From NCBI GenBank assembly GCA_030141605.1, contig JAQGDQ010000227.1, positions 296,458 to 360,457 of the forward strand: DNA of 64,000 bases, given 5' to 3'. This document shows positions 23,671-37,077 of the stretch, in pieces. The stretch is from Tubiluchus corallicola (taxonomy: Eukaryota > Animalia > Priapulida). The notes under the pieces are model-generated. The model did not search any database, was not told the origin of the DNA, and worked only from the letters and a program-made list of their open reading frames with translations. How positions within the stretch are numbered: the first letter of the stretch is position 1; each line of letters starts with the position of its first letter. A program made the translations under genes and the position numbers.

Positions 23671-26134
23671 CATTTTTTGTTTACGCGCATTACACATATC
23701 AATGATACTTATTTTTGCACATGACTTTGAAGAAAGGTGCACTCTAATTAGGTTGTATTATTAGAACATTTAAATTTTACTCGTTTTATTGCAACGAATA
23801 TTTACTAGCCTTAGTAAGACTTACTTTAGGAGAATGAAGGTTATCAAATTTGTCTTTTAGAAATATTGGTATTCACCTACTTGACTACAAGGTAGGTTAT
23901 AAGACATAAATAGAGCTGTGAATGTAAATGTAAGCAGTTTTATTAAAAGCCCACATTAAAGTTACAAAACACAAAATTACAATTGAAAAAAACAATTAAA
24001 ATATAATTAGCTACGAGTTTACGATATAATACGCAGTTTAGATCAAATAAATAATTCTAGTGAAAATAAAATTTACTTATGAGCTTAAAACAAGGAAGCA
24101 AACAACTTCAAAACATATTACATTTCGTGTCTTTGATCTTAATTATATTAGATCTTTCTTATAACTGATAACCATACTATTATTCGTTCATGATCAGCCG
24201 ATTGTGAGCTGCCACACGTAAATGCAGCAGTTAACTTAAAATAAATGCAATTCTTGTATTGATGTAATACTATAGAGCAAGAATATATTTTTAGCTTCTT
24301 AGTTCTGAACTTCGGCATTATGTACATGCCACTACTGTGCTGCCATCTATTACAGAAGAAAGAACTTATGTCAACATTGCGTTTCGATTCGCTGGCTGTG
24401 CTTGGATATTCTGCTGTGGATGGTTACGTAATTTTACATAGCTTAGTCGCGTAACCTGTTAACTTTGCAGAACTACTAAATTAAAAATAATTGATGACTT
24501 ACGTAGTTTAAAATAAAGTTTAACTATATAGATATAGACAAAGACATAGACATGATATAATTTGTATCATTTACACTGTTTTTATTACTATTTTTTCCTT
24601 ATTTGTTTTTGTTTTTGTTATCTGCAGCATCACCGTTTAATTTTAATATACTAATCTATCTATAACAAAGGGCAGGAGACTAGATGACCCTATGGTCCTT
24701 CCCTGCCCTGCTCCGTGATTATAATTGCCTAATATTTAAAAAACTTTTGATGTTAAACTAATTGGAGAAAATAAATGTTCTGTCTATGTCTATGTCTATA
24801 TACTTACAAAAACTTTTGGCGAAGCACCAATACTGAATCCACGTACATCCAGGGGCCACAGTACATTAGCCATTGTTGCATAGTTGTAACTCATTCTGAT
24901 TGGCTCAACTTTTAGGCCTAATATCCGCAAGCCAATTTGAAGCTAAAAATATTGTGTAAAACCTGTCGCAACCAGCTAACATTTTTTTATTTACAGTTAT
25001 TATGTAAATATCGTAGTATGTGGCTGATTTCGAATAAAACTTGTGTGTAACCATAATCAAAGTCCTTTCCGCGTGATTTCTTGCTTTGGTTCTAGTAATT
25101 GGGGTGTTTTACTAATATGGAGGAATTTTTTGTGAAATTTGCAGCTAAATATACCCAGCAGCTGACACTACTTAAGGTATACAAGCGCGAGTTTATGCTT
25201 TCATCTATCGTTTCCATTTCCTATTCAAAAATGTAGTTATTAGAGAGTCAGTTTCTGGCGCAGCTCTAATTAGATATTTGCTGTACAGAATCTGACCCAC
25301 TATTACCAATTTAAAGTAAACATTTATCTATATAATGCAATAATTAATGCGCTTGGTGGGCCTGGGACCATGTGTTTACACGACGTAAAGTGAATCACGG
25401 AACATTAATTAAGTTTGGCCTGATGGAAACGGGGTACTGATGTGACTCAGTAGACATAAAAATTGTACAACAAGGTTAATTATAAGACTTTACTGAGACT
25501 GTATAAGATGCAGTGCGATACAGTATGGCCACTTCAGAACGTGGTTAAGACTCTACTTAATTTACTTCTAAAGACAAAAGATACAGACCAGATTTATTTA
25601 CTGACACTATTTAACAGACAACATTAGACACTGACATTATTTAACAGACAACATTAGAACTAACGACTAATTAAGTACTTACACTGTTTAAGTGTAAATT
25701 TAAAGCATAATAAAGACATTTGTTTATATTATTTTTATTAAAACGACGTTTCAGCTGCCCTCTAGCGGTCATAAACAGCGATGAGGAACGATTTCAAGTT
25801 GTAATAAGGAATATACCAAAAGAAAAGCACTATTATTCGTCTAAAATTTATTGCATCAACCAACACGAATCACATTAAACAATAAAAACAACACCAAAAT
25901 GAAATTGTTATGAGAGATCCAGTTAGGCAATTTCGAGGCAAGTTCCCAACAGGTGAGTAAGTTGTAATTCTCGCCTCTCCAGAGGGTACACAAATCCGAT
26001 AAAAGAGAAACCGCATTAGATAATGGAGATACTATCTGTTCATGAAGCACACTCGCATATTTCCACGCAAGACTGCACAAGCACGTTTAACTATAGAAAC
26101 AATGTCAGAAACATCTTTCCGTTTTGGACAGTTA

Positions 26135-26933
26135 TCTATACTCTTATATTAATATTCTTGGTATATATATATATATAAGATTCGAGGCTACAGCCCGGAC
26201 GAGGGCACCATTTGCGGCGATCTATATATCAAACGAAAAGTCTCGATCTAGTGTCGTCTCATTGATGGTTTATTTTTCGCATGGGGCCCACCGGGAGGAA
26301 TGGGAGGCGAAAAACCTCCAAAAATGGCCATTTTTCAGCCGTTTTTTGCAAAAGTTATACGGCTGAGATGTAGAGAACGGGAACGGGCCGAGGGTGGTGC
26401 TGGGCATGGATAGATAGCCCGTTCAGCGCTGGGTGTAGTAGGCATATTTAGAATTCGCGAGAGGGCAACGGGGTCCCGTAACGGGCGTTTTCCCGGACCC
26501 AACTCGCGACTTTTTCGAAATTTTGACCAAACAGCATGCGGGAAAAACGTTCTAACGTCGCCTGGTGGGACTCTCGGAAGGAGATATATAGCTCATCAGA
26601 AAGAGGAAGAACAGGGCTACACGATGGTGTGGGCTATATGTTAGGGCAGGTCCACCGAGAGGAGTACTGGCGAGTTAATTAGAGGTTCCATTTTCGGCAA
26701 TTTTCGCTTAGAAAACTGTTGACGCAAAGCCATTGTTCTGACGTCATCCATTGTACTCTGCCTATAATCTTGTAACTTTAATTCAGTAAAAGCTGCTTTG
26801 CGTTAGGTAAGTAAACAAACAGTAGGCAGGATGTTACGGGCTTTGTGTTATAAATGAGGACTAGGTAGGATGTTCGCGTATTATTGATTACACGTGGTTT
26901 TTTACGCAAAATCTTTTGCGGGGTCTTTGCTAG
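26135..26933 (+). mobile_element. Non-autonomous Helitron, copy 1
   Basis: A|TC 5' end; subterminal hairpin CGCAAAA-TC-TTTTGCG about 10 nt before the CTAG 3' end; no TSD. Confidence 0.85.
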
Positions 26934-27734
26934 TCTATTATATTAATATTCTTGGTATCTTAATATATAAGATTCGAGGCTACAGCCCGGACGAGGGCAC
27001 CATTTGCGGCGATCTATATATCAAACGAAAAGTCTCGATCTAGTGTCGTCTCATTGATGGTTTATTTTTCGAATCGGGCCCACCGGGAGGAACGGGGGGC
27101 GAAAAACCTCCAAAAATGGCCATTTTTCGGCCGTTTTTTGCAAAAGTTATACGGCTGAGATGTAGAGAACGGGAACGGGCCGAGGGTGGTGCTGGGCATG
27201 GATAGATAGCCCGTTCAGCGCTGGGTGTAGTAGGCATATTTAGAATTCGCGAGAGGGCAACGGGGTCCCGTAACGGGCGTTTTCCCGGACCCAACTCGCG
27301 ACTTTTTCGAAATTTTGACCAAACAGCATGCGGGAAAAACGTTCTAACGTCGCCTGGTGGGACTCTCGGAAGGAGATATATAGCTCATCAGAAAGAGGAA
27401 GAACAGGGCTACACGATGGTGTGGGCTATATGTTAGGGCAGGTCCACCGAGAGGAGTACTGGCGAGTTAATTAGGAGTTCTATTTTCGGCAATTTTCGCT
27501 TAGAAAACTGCTGACGCAAAGGCATTGTTCTGACGTCATCCATTGTACTCTGTCTATAATCTTATAACTTTAATTCAGCAAAAAGCTACAGGCTTTGCGT
27601 TAGGTAAGTAAACATACAGTAGGCATGATGTTACGGGCTTTGCGTTATAAATGAGGACTGTGTAGTATGTTCGCGTGTTATTGATTACACGTGGTTTTCT
27701 ACGTACGCAAAATCTTTTGCGGGGCCTTTGCTAG
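26934..27734 (+). mobile_element. Non-autonomous Helitron, copy 2
   Basis: TC...hairpin...CTAG; near-identical to copy 1; exact head-to-tail junction. Confidence 0.85.
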
Positions 27735-28559
27735 TCTCTTATATTAATATTCTTGGTATCTTAATATATATATATATATATATATATAAGATTCGAGGCT
27801 ACAGCCCGGACGAGGGCACCATTTGCGGCGATCTATATATCAAACGAAAGGTCTCGATCTAGTGTCGTGCCATTGATGGTTTATTTTTCGAATCGGGCCC
27901 ACCGGGAGGAACGGGGGGCGAAAAACCTCCCAAAATGGCCGTTTTTCGGCCGTTTTTTGCAAAAGTTATACGGCTGAGATGTAGAGAACGGGAACGGGCC
28001 GAGGGTGGTGCTGGGTATGGATAGATAGCCCGTTCAGCGGTGGGTGTAGTAGGCATATTTAGAATTCCCGAGAGGGCCACGGCATCCCGTAACGGGCGTT
28101 TTCCCGGACCGAACTCGCGACTTTCGAAATTTTGACCAAACAGCCTGCGGGAAAAACGTTCTAGCGGCGCCCGGTGAGACTCTCGGGAGGAGATTTATAG
28201 CTCTTTACAAAGAGGAAGGACAGGGCTACACGATGATGTGGGTTATATTTTAGGGCAGGTCCACCGAGAGGAGTACCGACGAGTTAATTAGCTGTTCTAT
28301 TTTCGGCGATTTTCGCTTAGAAAACTGTTGTGACGAATTCCATTGTGCTGACGTCATCCATTATTGCTTATAGCTTTAATTCAGCAAAAAGCTGCTTTGC
28401 GTTAGTTAAACATACAGTAGGCACGAGTACAGGTTTTGCGTTAGGTAAGTAGGCAGGATGTTACGGGCTTTGCGTTATACATGAGGACTGTGTAGGATGT
28501 TCGCGTGTTATTGATTATACGTGGTTTTTTACGCAAAATCTTTTGCGGGGATTTGCTAG
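27735..28559 (+). mobile_element. Non-autonomous Helitron, copy 3 (more diverged)
   Basis: TC...hairpin...CTAG|T. Confidence 0.85.
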
Positions 28560-29109
28560 TTTTATATTATTCTACCTAAATCTAGTTAAGAAGTATTCTA
28601 TGTATAGTAGGAACGTAAACTTCTGTAGCTTAATTGTAATGAATAACTTTACCTGTTTTCACTCGTTATTATCGATAATATTCAATATAATAATCTTTTT
28701 TCCTTTAGTTCTTTCTTTATACTTGTGCGGAACCGGAGCACGTGAGGGAAGTATAATTTGCTTCACAGCCCAAGCAACGTGGTGTTTGGCTGTTGTGCGC
28801 ATGCGCCCATGCCACATGTCTGAGATAAGACCCTGTGCTTTAAGTAGAAAGAGTACTGTCGCTCATGCAGTATGTTGCCAGTCGTCACGTGTTTTAAAGC
28901 CGTGTACAGGCATTTTCCTGAACTGTGACAATTTAGGCTATTCGTAAGAAAACCGTGTTTTTTGTTTAGGATTTTGTCAAGTTTATGTATAAATTTGTTT
29001 GTTTGTTTAAAATTACAACATTATAACTACATGCGTTTGTTTCTTTTTAGACACTCTTAAAACAATGGCTAAATAATTTTTAATTTTGCAAAACCCTCAC
29101 TAATTTTAA

Positions 29110-29523
29110 CTACGAGCCACTGCTGTGGTCAGCGTTGTTCTCAACCCACAGGTTACGAGCCGCCACTGCTGTGGTCAGCGTTGTTCTCAACCCACAGATT
29201 ACGAGCCGCCACTGCTGTGGTCAGCGTTGTTCTCAACCCACAGATTACGAGCCGCCACTGCTGTGGTCAGCTTTGTTCTCAACCCACAGATTACGAACCG
29301 CCACTGCTGTGGTCAGCGTTGTAATCAACCCACAAATTACGAGTCGTCACTGCTGTGGTCAGCGTTGTTCTCAACCCACAGATTACGAGCCGCCACTGCT
29401 GTGGTCAGCGTTGTAATCAACCCACAAATTACGAGTCGTCACTGCTGTGGTCAGCGTTGTTCTCAACCCACATATTACGAGCCGCCACTGCTGTGGTCAG
29501 CGTTGTTCTCAACCAACAGATTA
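29110..29523. repeat. 46-bp minisatellite, about 9 copies
   Basis: Unit acgagccgccactgctgtggtcagcgttgttctcaacccacagatt. Confidence 0.95.
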
Positions 29524-29782
29524 TCCTAAAAAATCTTTCGTATATGAAGTCGTTAAATCAAGAGCAAAATGATTACTTTATTTTAGTCGGGGATATCGTT
29601 GCATTCATTGTAGATAAAGATTATGGATTTATATCAAAAATCTATTGCAAACCATCAAGCATAAAAAATCAAGCATTGCACAATTAATTTTAATGTTATG
29701 ATTGAGTTTTTATTGTTGTTGATCGTTTTCATTATATGTTTGATGCATTCTCTTTCTCTCATAATAAACTGTGTGGTCAAAA

Positions 29783-29952
<170 letters not shown>

Positions 29953-30604
29953 GACATATCGCAGACAAATAAGTGACTATGTCATCTTCATTATCATCAT
30001 CAGCATCATTGTTAATATCATCATCATATTTGTGCTCATCATCATTTTCGTAGTCGTCGTTATCGTTCTCATCATTGCAATCCTGATATATATATATATA
30101 TATATTATTATTATTATTATTATTAATATATATATATATATATAATTATATATATATATATATATAATAATATTATACATATTATTATATATATATATAT
30201 ATAATAATCCTTGTAATCAAAATTCTCATCCTAATCCTTTTCTTTTCCATAATTATCATCATCATCATCGTCAACATTATCATCTTCGTCATCGTTGTCA
30301 TCATCATCAACATAAACAAAGCATTTTGGATAGTCAGTGTTATATGCTACAATGCATTTTTTTTTTTATTTTTATTTATCTTTCTAAGTTCACGTAGTTT
30401 TTTCACTTGTGAAATTTTCCTACAAGAGCACATATTCCTCAAGTGTTAAATTGTCCTGTTAGTGAGTTGAACTATTTTTTCGTTTGCTTTGTTGTTTTTA
30501 GTATTTTAACATTAATCATTTTGTTTCCAAATCCAAACACATTGACTTCACTGACAGGGTTTCTTTAAATATATAATCACAACTTGCATTGGACACTAAT
30601 ATTA

Positions 30605-31710
30605 TTACACAAGTTTGCTGATGTTTGGTGTCTGGTAATCAAACATGTCGAAATCAGCTTTATATATTTGTAGTAATCTAGCTAAGCGCCCTCTATGAGT
30701 CCCCTCTAAAAATTCGTCTCGCAATTTTTGACTGATGTCGAGTGTATAGTTCGCCATTTTGTGTCTTAATGGCGGGAATTTAAGGTCGATTCTCAACTTC
30801 TGCAAAAGAAAGTTAGCGTCCTCCTCTAAGGTTTCCCTTTTGCCAATATACTGATAACCGACAAAACAAGGGTTGCACAACTTCTGGTAAGTTTCCCAGT
30901 GTGGATTTAGTGCCCCGTTCTCGCCGACAGAAAGCGGGTCCTTTTTCCGTGTGGCCCCATTTGTAAGATATGCAAGAAATTCGTCAAACGTGACCGAGTT
31001 ACCGTGCACCTCTGAGCCCGCATTCACACTAGGCAGGTGTCGGTACGTCTTAATGATGAATTCCCGGTACTTTTTCTGCTTCTGAAGCACAACAGCTTTA
31101 CTCCGATTCCTGGTGCTGTTCAGATTTGGATGATGTTCGATCATGATACCACGGTACGCGGACATCAATCTCTCTAGAGGGTCCCGGACGAACAAGAATT
31201 TCGTGTAAGTTTTCAAACGCTGTAGTTGTTCGTCGGGTTTGTACTGACCCAGACGTTTTAATCCAGCATTACTTATAACGTGGGGATTATGTACTTCTGA
31301 GTGGGTCAATGTATTGATGTCTCCTCGTCCTTTAGCTGCCAGTAGAACTCTTAACCAGTTACTGCTCATAGATCGAGGAATGTAGCAGTACATGAGTTTT
31401 AATACGTCGTCCACTAGAACGTTCAAGAGAAATCTGTAGTTAGGTTTTCTCGTTGTATTTTGCTTGGTACAGTACGCGGCAGCGTGCTCCATTCGTTTTT
31501 TAAACACGACCTCTCTGTCTGTAAGCACGGATGTGGTTCCTGCAGCGTGCTTCATTCGTTTTTTAAACACGTCCTCTCTGTCTGAAAGGACAGATGTGGT
31601 TCTTGGTTTAATCAGTGGCGTTCGTCGACTGCTTGTGTTTGCTGTTACGTTAGTAAGAATCATCTGTTTTTCCAGTTTCACAGAAGCCCCGGTTGTTGTC
31701 TGCTGCACCA
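30605..31710 (-). CDS. Carbohydrate sulfotransferase (Sulfotransfer_2; CHST11/HNK-1ST-like), stem plus catalytic exon
   Basis: LMYCYIP...SNW (5'-PSB region), FVRDPLERLMSAY (3'-PB), HW...LC.PC...Y.YIGK.ETLEEDA, Y..DF.MF.Y; ttgctgatttcag acceptor at 31711. Confidence 0.92.
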
Positions 31711-31961
31711 CTGAAATCAGCAATGAATTAAGATAAAGTTTGTTGGTTTGAACAGAAATAAATAACCAAAGTCAGAAAAACAAACTTTTTGATAAGAAAC
31801 GGGAAGCTCCCAAAAAATATGAAACTAAGAAAGCCGTCAGTGTATGATTTAGGAGGTGTGCCCCAGGGGCCTGGGCCTTCCCTTTCACAGTAACAGTTAA
31901 AACTCGCCAAATTAATATTTTCTCTGAATTATAAACATTAGAACGATTTGCTAAATCTTAA

Positions 31962-32512
31962 AGGAAAACCGGACGATTGTGTAAATACCAGTTCAGAATA
32001 AAGTATGCTTTAAAATATTGAAAACTACACTAGCTTATTTTAAATCAAAGCTTAGATTAAATAATAATTACCTCGGATACTCAAATTTCATTAAACTTTC
32101 AAAGCTACGCGCGGTTCAGTGAATCTACTAAGATTGGCAACGACGCCTTTTTGTCACGTGCGCGTGGCCGACAAATAGAAGGTGGTACCGTGATAAGTAT
32201 GATCATGAACTTCTGTGTTAGTTTCATGACGTTATATGATGTAAAGCCCATTTTTCGTGACATCACGCGTTTAAACAGTACCGTAACACCTATGCAAATT
32301 GTGCTTGACGTGCAAAGGAAGACGCCTGCCATTGCACAAACTGTGGTTAGTTTCTGATGTAAGCAATAGCTGTGTTCGGTCGCCGTTAATTAACTTTCAA
32401 AGGTAATTATTCAAATGTAAGTAACTGTTGTTAACTTTTATAGGCAAGAAAATGTACACTTTGGATAGTAAATTAAAATGAGATTGAGTCTAAACAATCG
32501 TCCGGTCTTCCT
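31962..32512 (+). mobile_element. MITE family B copy (in the sulfotransferase intron)
   Basis: Complete TIRs, TTAA flanks. Confidence 0.88.
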
Positions 32513-32816
32513 TTAAAGGTGCCTTATATCTGTAAAGATCATAAATCACAAGAAAATAGAAGAAAGTTATGTACATCATATATGCTGTACAGTGTATATC
32601 GAGATATTGGTATGTATTTTTGAGTCAAAGATTATGTGACACCTGTTCTAAACCAATGAGCATCCTAGAGGAAATGGCTTCTAGAAGGCAGAAAAGTGGT
32701 CTGAAATGCAGTAAAACGTATTAGTAAAGAGGAGCTGTTAAATTATGTTAAAAGCGTTAGATTGTGATAGATAATTATGTTGATGAATGCTGGCATGAAG
32801 CCCAGTTAAGGGGTGG

Positions 32817-33080
32817 TGTCACGTGAGCAAGTGATTCAGAACCGAAGCGTAGGCGTCAAGGCGTCGAAGCTCGGCGCACGATGTATAAGCCTTGTGATGC
32901 GCCCAGCTCAGGGGATTGACTGGGAGCTGACGGAGAACAGGCTAGATCAGGGGCTTGGCATTACTATCTGTTATATTTATTGTGTTTGATGTTCAATAAA
33001 CGTGTGGTTTTATAATCTGACTCTTCATAGTTTTGCCATCCCTAAAACACCAATAATCAGCTTCACACAACCAATACAAC
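32817..33080 (+). mobile_element. Possible LTR remnant
   Basis: Purine tract aaggggtgg directly before TGTCACG, then TATAAG and AATAAA in LTR order; no TSD or partner LTR seen. Confidence 0.3.
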
Positions 33081-33954
33081 GAATTATTTTACTTATTGTT
33101 GTCCGGGTGGACCTCGCTGGGGAGCTTACACCAGATCCCCCTAACTGTTTTTCTGTTGGGCCCACCGTTGTTCTAAAACCTGTGTCCGCCCCTGACCATA
33201 TTCACCTTTCGCAGAAAAAATACAAACAAAATTCTGCAAAAACAGAAAGTCATTCAAGCAGCATGAAATAACAATCAAAGGCAGTTTTGCTAAAAACTCC
33301 ACATCGTCAATTGTTCACTCTAAATCTATAACTTTAAAATATTCCTTCCATGAACGTGCTAATTTAGAATATTTGCAAATGGCCCGTGGCTTCAGTTGCA
33401 AGGAAATTGTAACCGACCAAAATTCATTCTTTGGCACAGGATCCGACTAAAGCTTTCAATGTGATGTTGCAATTTGATATTTAATTATTATTATTAGTAG
33501 TAGTAATAGTAGTGTCATAACTGTTTTTATTAATTAAATACGCGTCTATATAACTCCCTCTACTTGTTGGGAGGCCTAGAGGTCGTTTTACATACGTTTT
33601 TATATATTACCTTATTACTGTTATTATATTATAATTATAACAACAGTAATTTCTATAATATATTGTAATGCATTAACAAAATTGTTAGTAATGTTTCAAA
33701 CTATAATTAGTAAATTAAGTCACATAAGATTGTCGTTTTCCATATACATACAACTGTGAATAGGCATTTATATAAACTATTACTATTTACAAGGTTTTTA
33801 TTTTTACATTATTAATTCAAATGTGAATAATTCTTTTACCATTTTAATATATAATTTATGCAAATTAGTGTGTTTACTTTGATAGATGTTTTTCAGCTCC
33901 ATAGATGGCACCACATGACACATGGCTTTAAGTTCTTATGCACCAGCCTAGTGA

Positions 33955-34406
33955 AGGGCTGTGGAGTCGGTGCACTAAACACCTGACTCTGGCTCCGACT
34001 TCCACTCCTAGAATTTTAGAAAATCCAACTCCGACTCGGACTCTGGCTCCTAAAATTTTAAATCTGACTCTCACTTCTAAAATTTTAGTAGCCCCAACTC
34101 CCGACTCCAACTCCTGCCTCTAAGTAGTAGTTTGCACTACTTTCAATATTTAGCTACAGTAGCATTTCATCGTTTTTGCTTATGCTCGAAAAACAGCCTA
34201 GCTGCATAGACACCAATACGAAAGCGTCCCAATACGGAAGGTTTAGCATAAATGCGTTAAATGTTAAAAGTAGCTGGAGTTCGAGTTTGTCTATTTGTTT
34301 ACCGACTCTAACACCCACATCTCTAACAATAAGTGTACTCCCGAGACCCGGACTTCGACTCCAAAACCCTAAGTTTCAACAACACAGACTCCGACTCACC
34401 AGCTCT
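33955..34406. mobile_element. hAT-like MITE with GACTCC subterminal repeats
   Basis: AGGGCTGTGGAGTCGG ... CCGACTCACCAGCTCTG; many (g)actcc motifs; TSD not recognisable. Confidence 0.6.
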
Positions 34407-34483
34407 GTAAGGAAATGAAAATGCCCCCAAAGAAAAGAAACCGTGGTTTAGTTCGTATAACAGACAAAGCTTACAGTCTATAT

Positions 34484-34860
34484 TAGTGAGCATCGAACGT
34501 TCGAAGCGAATTCTATTCGATTCGTACGTGTTTTTAGTTCAAACCAGATTCGAACGTTCGAAGCGAATTCGATTATAGATTTGAATAATTCAGCACTTCA
34601 GTCACTTATGTTTCTTATCATTAAAAGGATTGAAACATCATGGAATTAGCATAATTTAGCTGTGATTTCTGTACACAATTTTTAAACAAATTATCGGTGG
34701 TTTCGCTGCAGAACAAAATCGAGTAATATGCATGACTCTGTAAGACTGATTTTTACTGATGGTTCGAAAACTTGTTCGAAAATATTTCACTATCAATTTG
34801 AATTCGAAATACTGAAGTTCGATTCGATTCGAATTCGCTTTCTGGTAGAGAATGCTCACT
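34484..34860. mobile_element. MITE with TTCGAA/TCGAAT subterminal repeats; inverted relative at about 41704-42040
   Basis: TAGTGAGCAT / ATGCTCACT ends; internal similarity to the reverse complement of 41704-42040. Confidence 0.6.
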
Positions 34861-34876
34861 CCTTCTCTATACTAAC

Positions 34877-34964
34877 CATTTGAGAAACTTGTTCTGATAA
34901 AAACAACAAGTGAAATACTGCAAACTATCAGCCAAAATAACTTTCGATGTTTTTCTCTTAACAT
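34877..34964 (-). CDS. Carbohydrate sulfotransferase, coding exon 1 (MLREKHRKLFWLIVCSISLVVFIRTSFSN), type II membrane anchor
   Basis: Basic N-terminus plus hydrophobic stretch; G|gttagt donor in phase 1 matches the acceptor of the catalytic exon; joined CDS 1194 nt = 397 aa + stop. Confidence 0.75.
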
Positions 34965-35932
34965 AACGCTGGCCAATCAGTAGACACGGTAAAAATCAGA
35001 AACGGATGTTAAAATTATTCACTCGTTCATAGGTTTCCCGTTTTGCCAGACATGTCTGACGCTTTTTCAACGGAAAAAAACTGTTTGAGTTGACTACTCA
35101 TCGTAACGATTGTACTTAAAACATTTTGAAAGCTAATTTGAAAACTTGTACTAAACTCGCTTCACAGATTATTGCGGAATTGTAGAAATATCTCGAAATG
35201 TTTCACGAAAAATTGTCGTCATCATCACAATTTCTTTAAAAAGCACCTGCAAAGATCGCCACTATTTATACAGAAATAACTAGACTAAGTACTGAGCAAG
35301 CTAGTCGCAAACGATAGCATATATGAAGTACCACTTGCAAACCGTAATCACGGAAGAATAAATGTTAAAATACCTGAAAACCAAGAACAAACTTGTTAGC
35401 GGGAGATCAATATCCAGAAAAACCGGCCCAGTAGGCCTAGTTTGCTTTTGATTAAACACAAACGTCGATATTCTCTGATTTCACTCATAGACGTGGGAAT
35501 TTTTTATTTATTTATCTCGTTATTTACACCAGAATACAAATAGATTATTCAAGATAAATTATGAATAAAGGAAAGTGTTAGGGGCGTTTGAGAAAGGGTA
35601 ACCACCCCGTGGTTGTTCATTAATTAAGTCTTATCCATGTTGAGTGTAGTTCGTAAGTTAATTTCTTCTGCTACGTTCATAGCATTGTAATGTGTTGTTA
35701 ATTTGTAACTGTATAACTTGTATTTTGTTGTATTGTGCTAAATGGGTAAATAAATAAATTTGAAAAAAATCACTTTGCGCATTTTTTGAATGTGTCGTGA
35801 CGTTAAAGTTGTCGCTGGATTTTTTTGGGGAGGAGTCAACAACCGACATTGGCAGGTTTATCAGATTGTTTTTGAAGTTGCGATGATCGTGTTAAACAGA
35901 TGAAATCAATGGATGAAAACACGGTTTAAGTA

Positions 35933-36506
35933 TTGCGATCTGTATTTTACTCAAAATCATAGCCTCATAGTCAATCCACATTGGTTTTGCGATCTGTATT
36001 TTACTCAAAATCATAGTCTCATAGTCAATCCACATTGGTTTAACTTTGCGATCTGTATTTTACTCAAAATCATAGTCTCATAGTCAATCCACATTGGTTT
36101 AACTTTGCGATCTGTATTTTACTCAAAATCATAGTCTCGTAGTCAATCCACATTGGTTTAACGTTGCGATCTGTATTTTACTCAAAATCATAGTCTCATA
36201 GTCAATCCACATTGGTTTAACTTTGCGATCTGTATTCTACTCAAAATCATAGTCTCATAGTCAATCCACATTGGTTTAACTTTGCGATCTGTATTCTACT
36301 CAAAATCATAGTCTCATAGTCAATCCACATTGGTTTAAATTTGCGATCTGTATTCTACTCAAAATCATAGTCTCATAGTCAATCCACATTGGTTTAACTT
36401 TGCGATCTGTATTTTACTCAAAATCATAGTCTCGTAGTCAATCCACATTGGTTTAACTTTGCGATCAGTATTTTACTCAAAATCATAGTCTCGTAGTCAA
36501 TCCACA
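35933..36506. repeat. 59-bp minisatellite, about 10 copies
   Basis: Unit ttgcgatctgtattttactcaaaatcatagtctcatagtcaatccacattggtttaact. Confidence 0.95.
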
Positions 36507-37044
36507 TATACACAACAATGGTAAACATAATCAACAGTAGTATCGAATGTCAAAGTAAATCCATCAGCCAATATATCATGGCATCTTTGTCAAAACGTTG
36601 TTATAACCACACAACTGTTTAAGCCCATTGCTTTCTTTCTCCTCTTACTACTAAGTGTGAAAAACTACTACATTCACAGAGAAGCCCAGTAACCCAGTTA
36701 CATGCAAACATATAGTAGTAGCAAGTACATAGATCTATTGAAAACTTCAAAGTGTTTAAACAGATGTCAGTACTGACTTAATGGTAATGAAAAACTAAAG
36801 TTTAAAACTACAAATCAAATTTAATAATAAACTGTAAATTAAATGCTCGCATCCGAGACAGAATGCAACTTGACTTTCATCTGGCCTCTTGTAATCGTCA
36901 GCCTGTTCTTAAGAATTCTTTTGTATAACTTTTGATTACGCAAGAATTTTTGACTGAACCAACTTCATTATCATCATCAACGTCATTGCTAGCATTATTA
37001 CCATATTCGTCATTCTCCTCATCACATCATTACCACAATTAATG

Positions 37045-37077
<33 letters not shown>

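Noticed and set aside
23504-23764. 86-aa ORF
   Set aside because: Overlaps the tRNA-Arg gene; incidental
27040-28080. Repeated 73-84 aa ORFs (LSRILNMPTTP...)
   Set aside because: Antisense frames within the Helitron copies; no Rep or helicase motifs and not preserved equally in all copies
29110-29523. Regular repeats resembling a CRISPR array (also 35933-36506, 2918-3394)
   Set aside because: Units are contiguous with no unique spacers, there are no cas genes, and the context is eukaryotic
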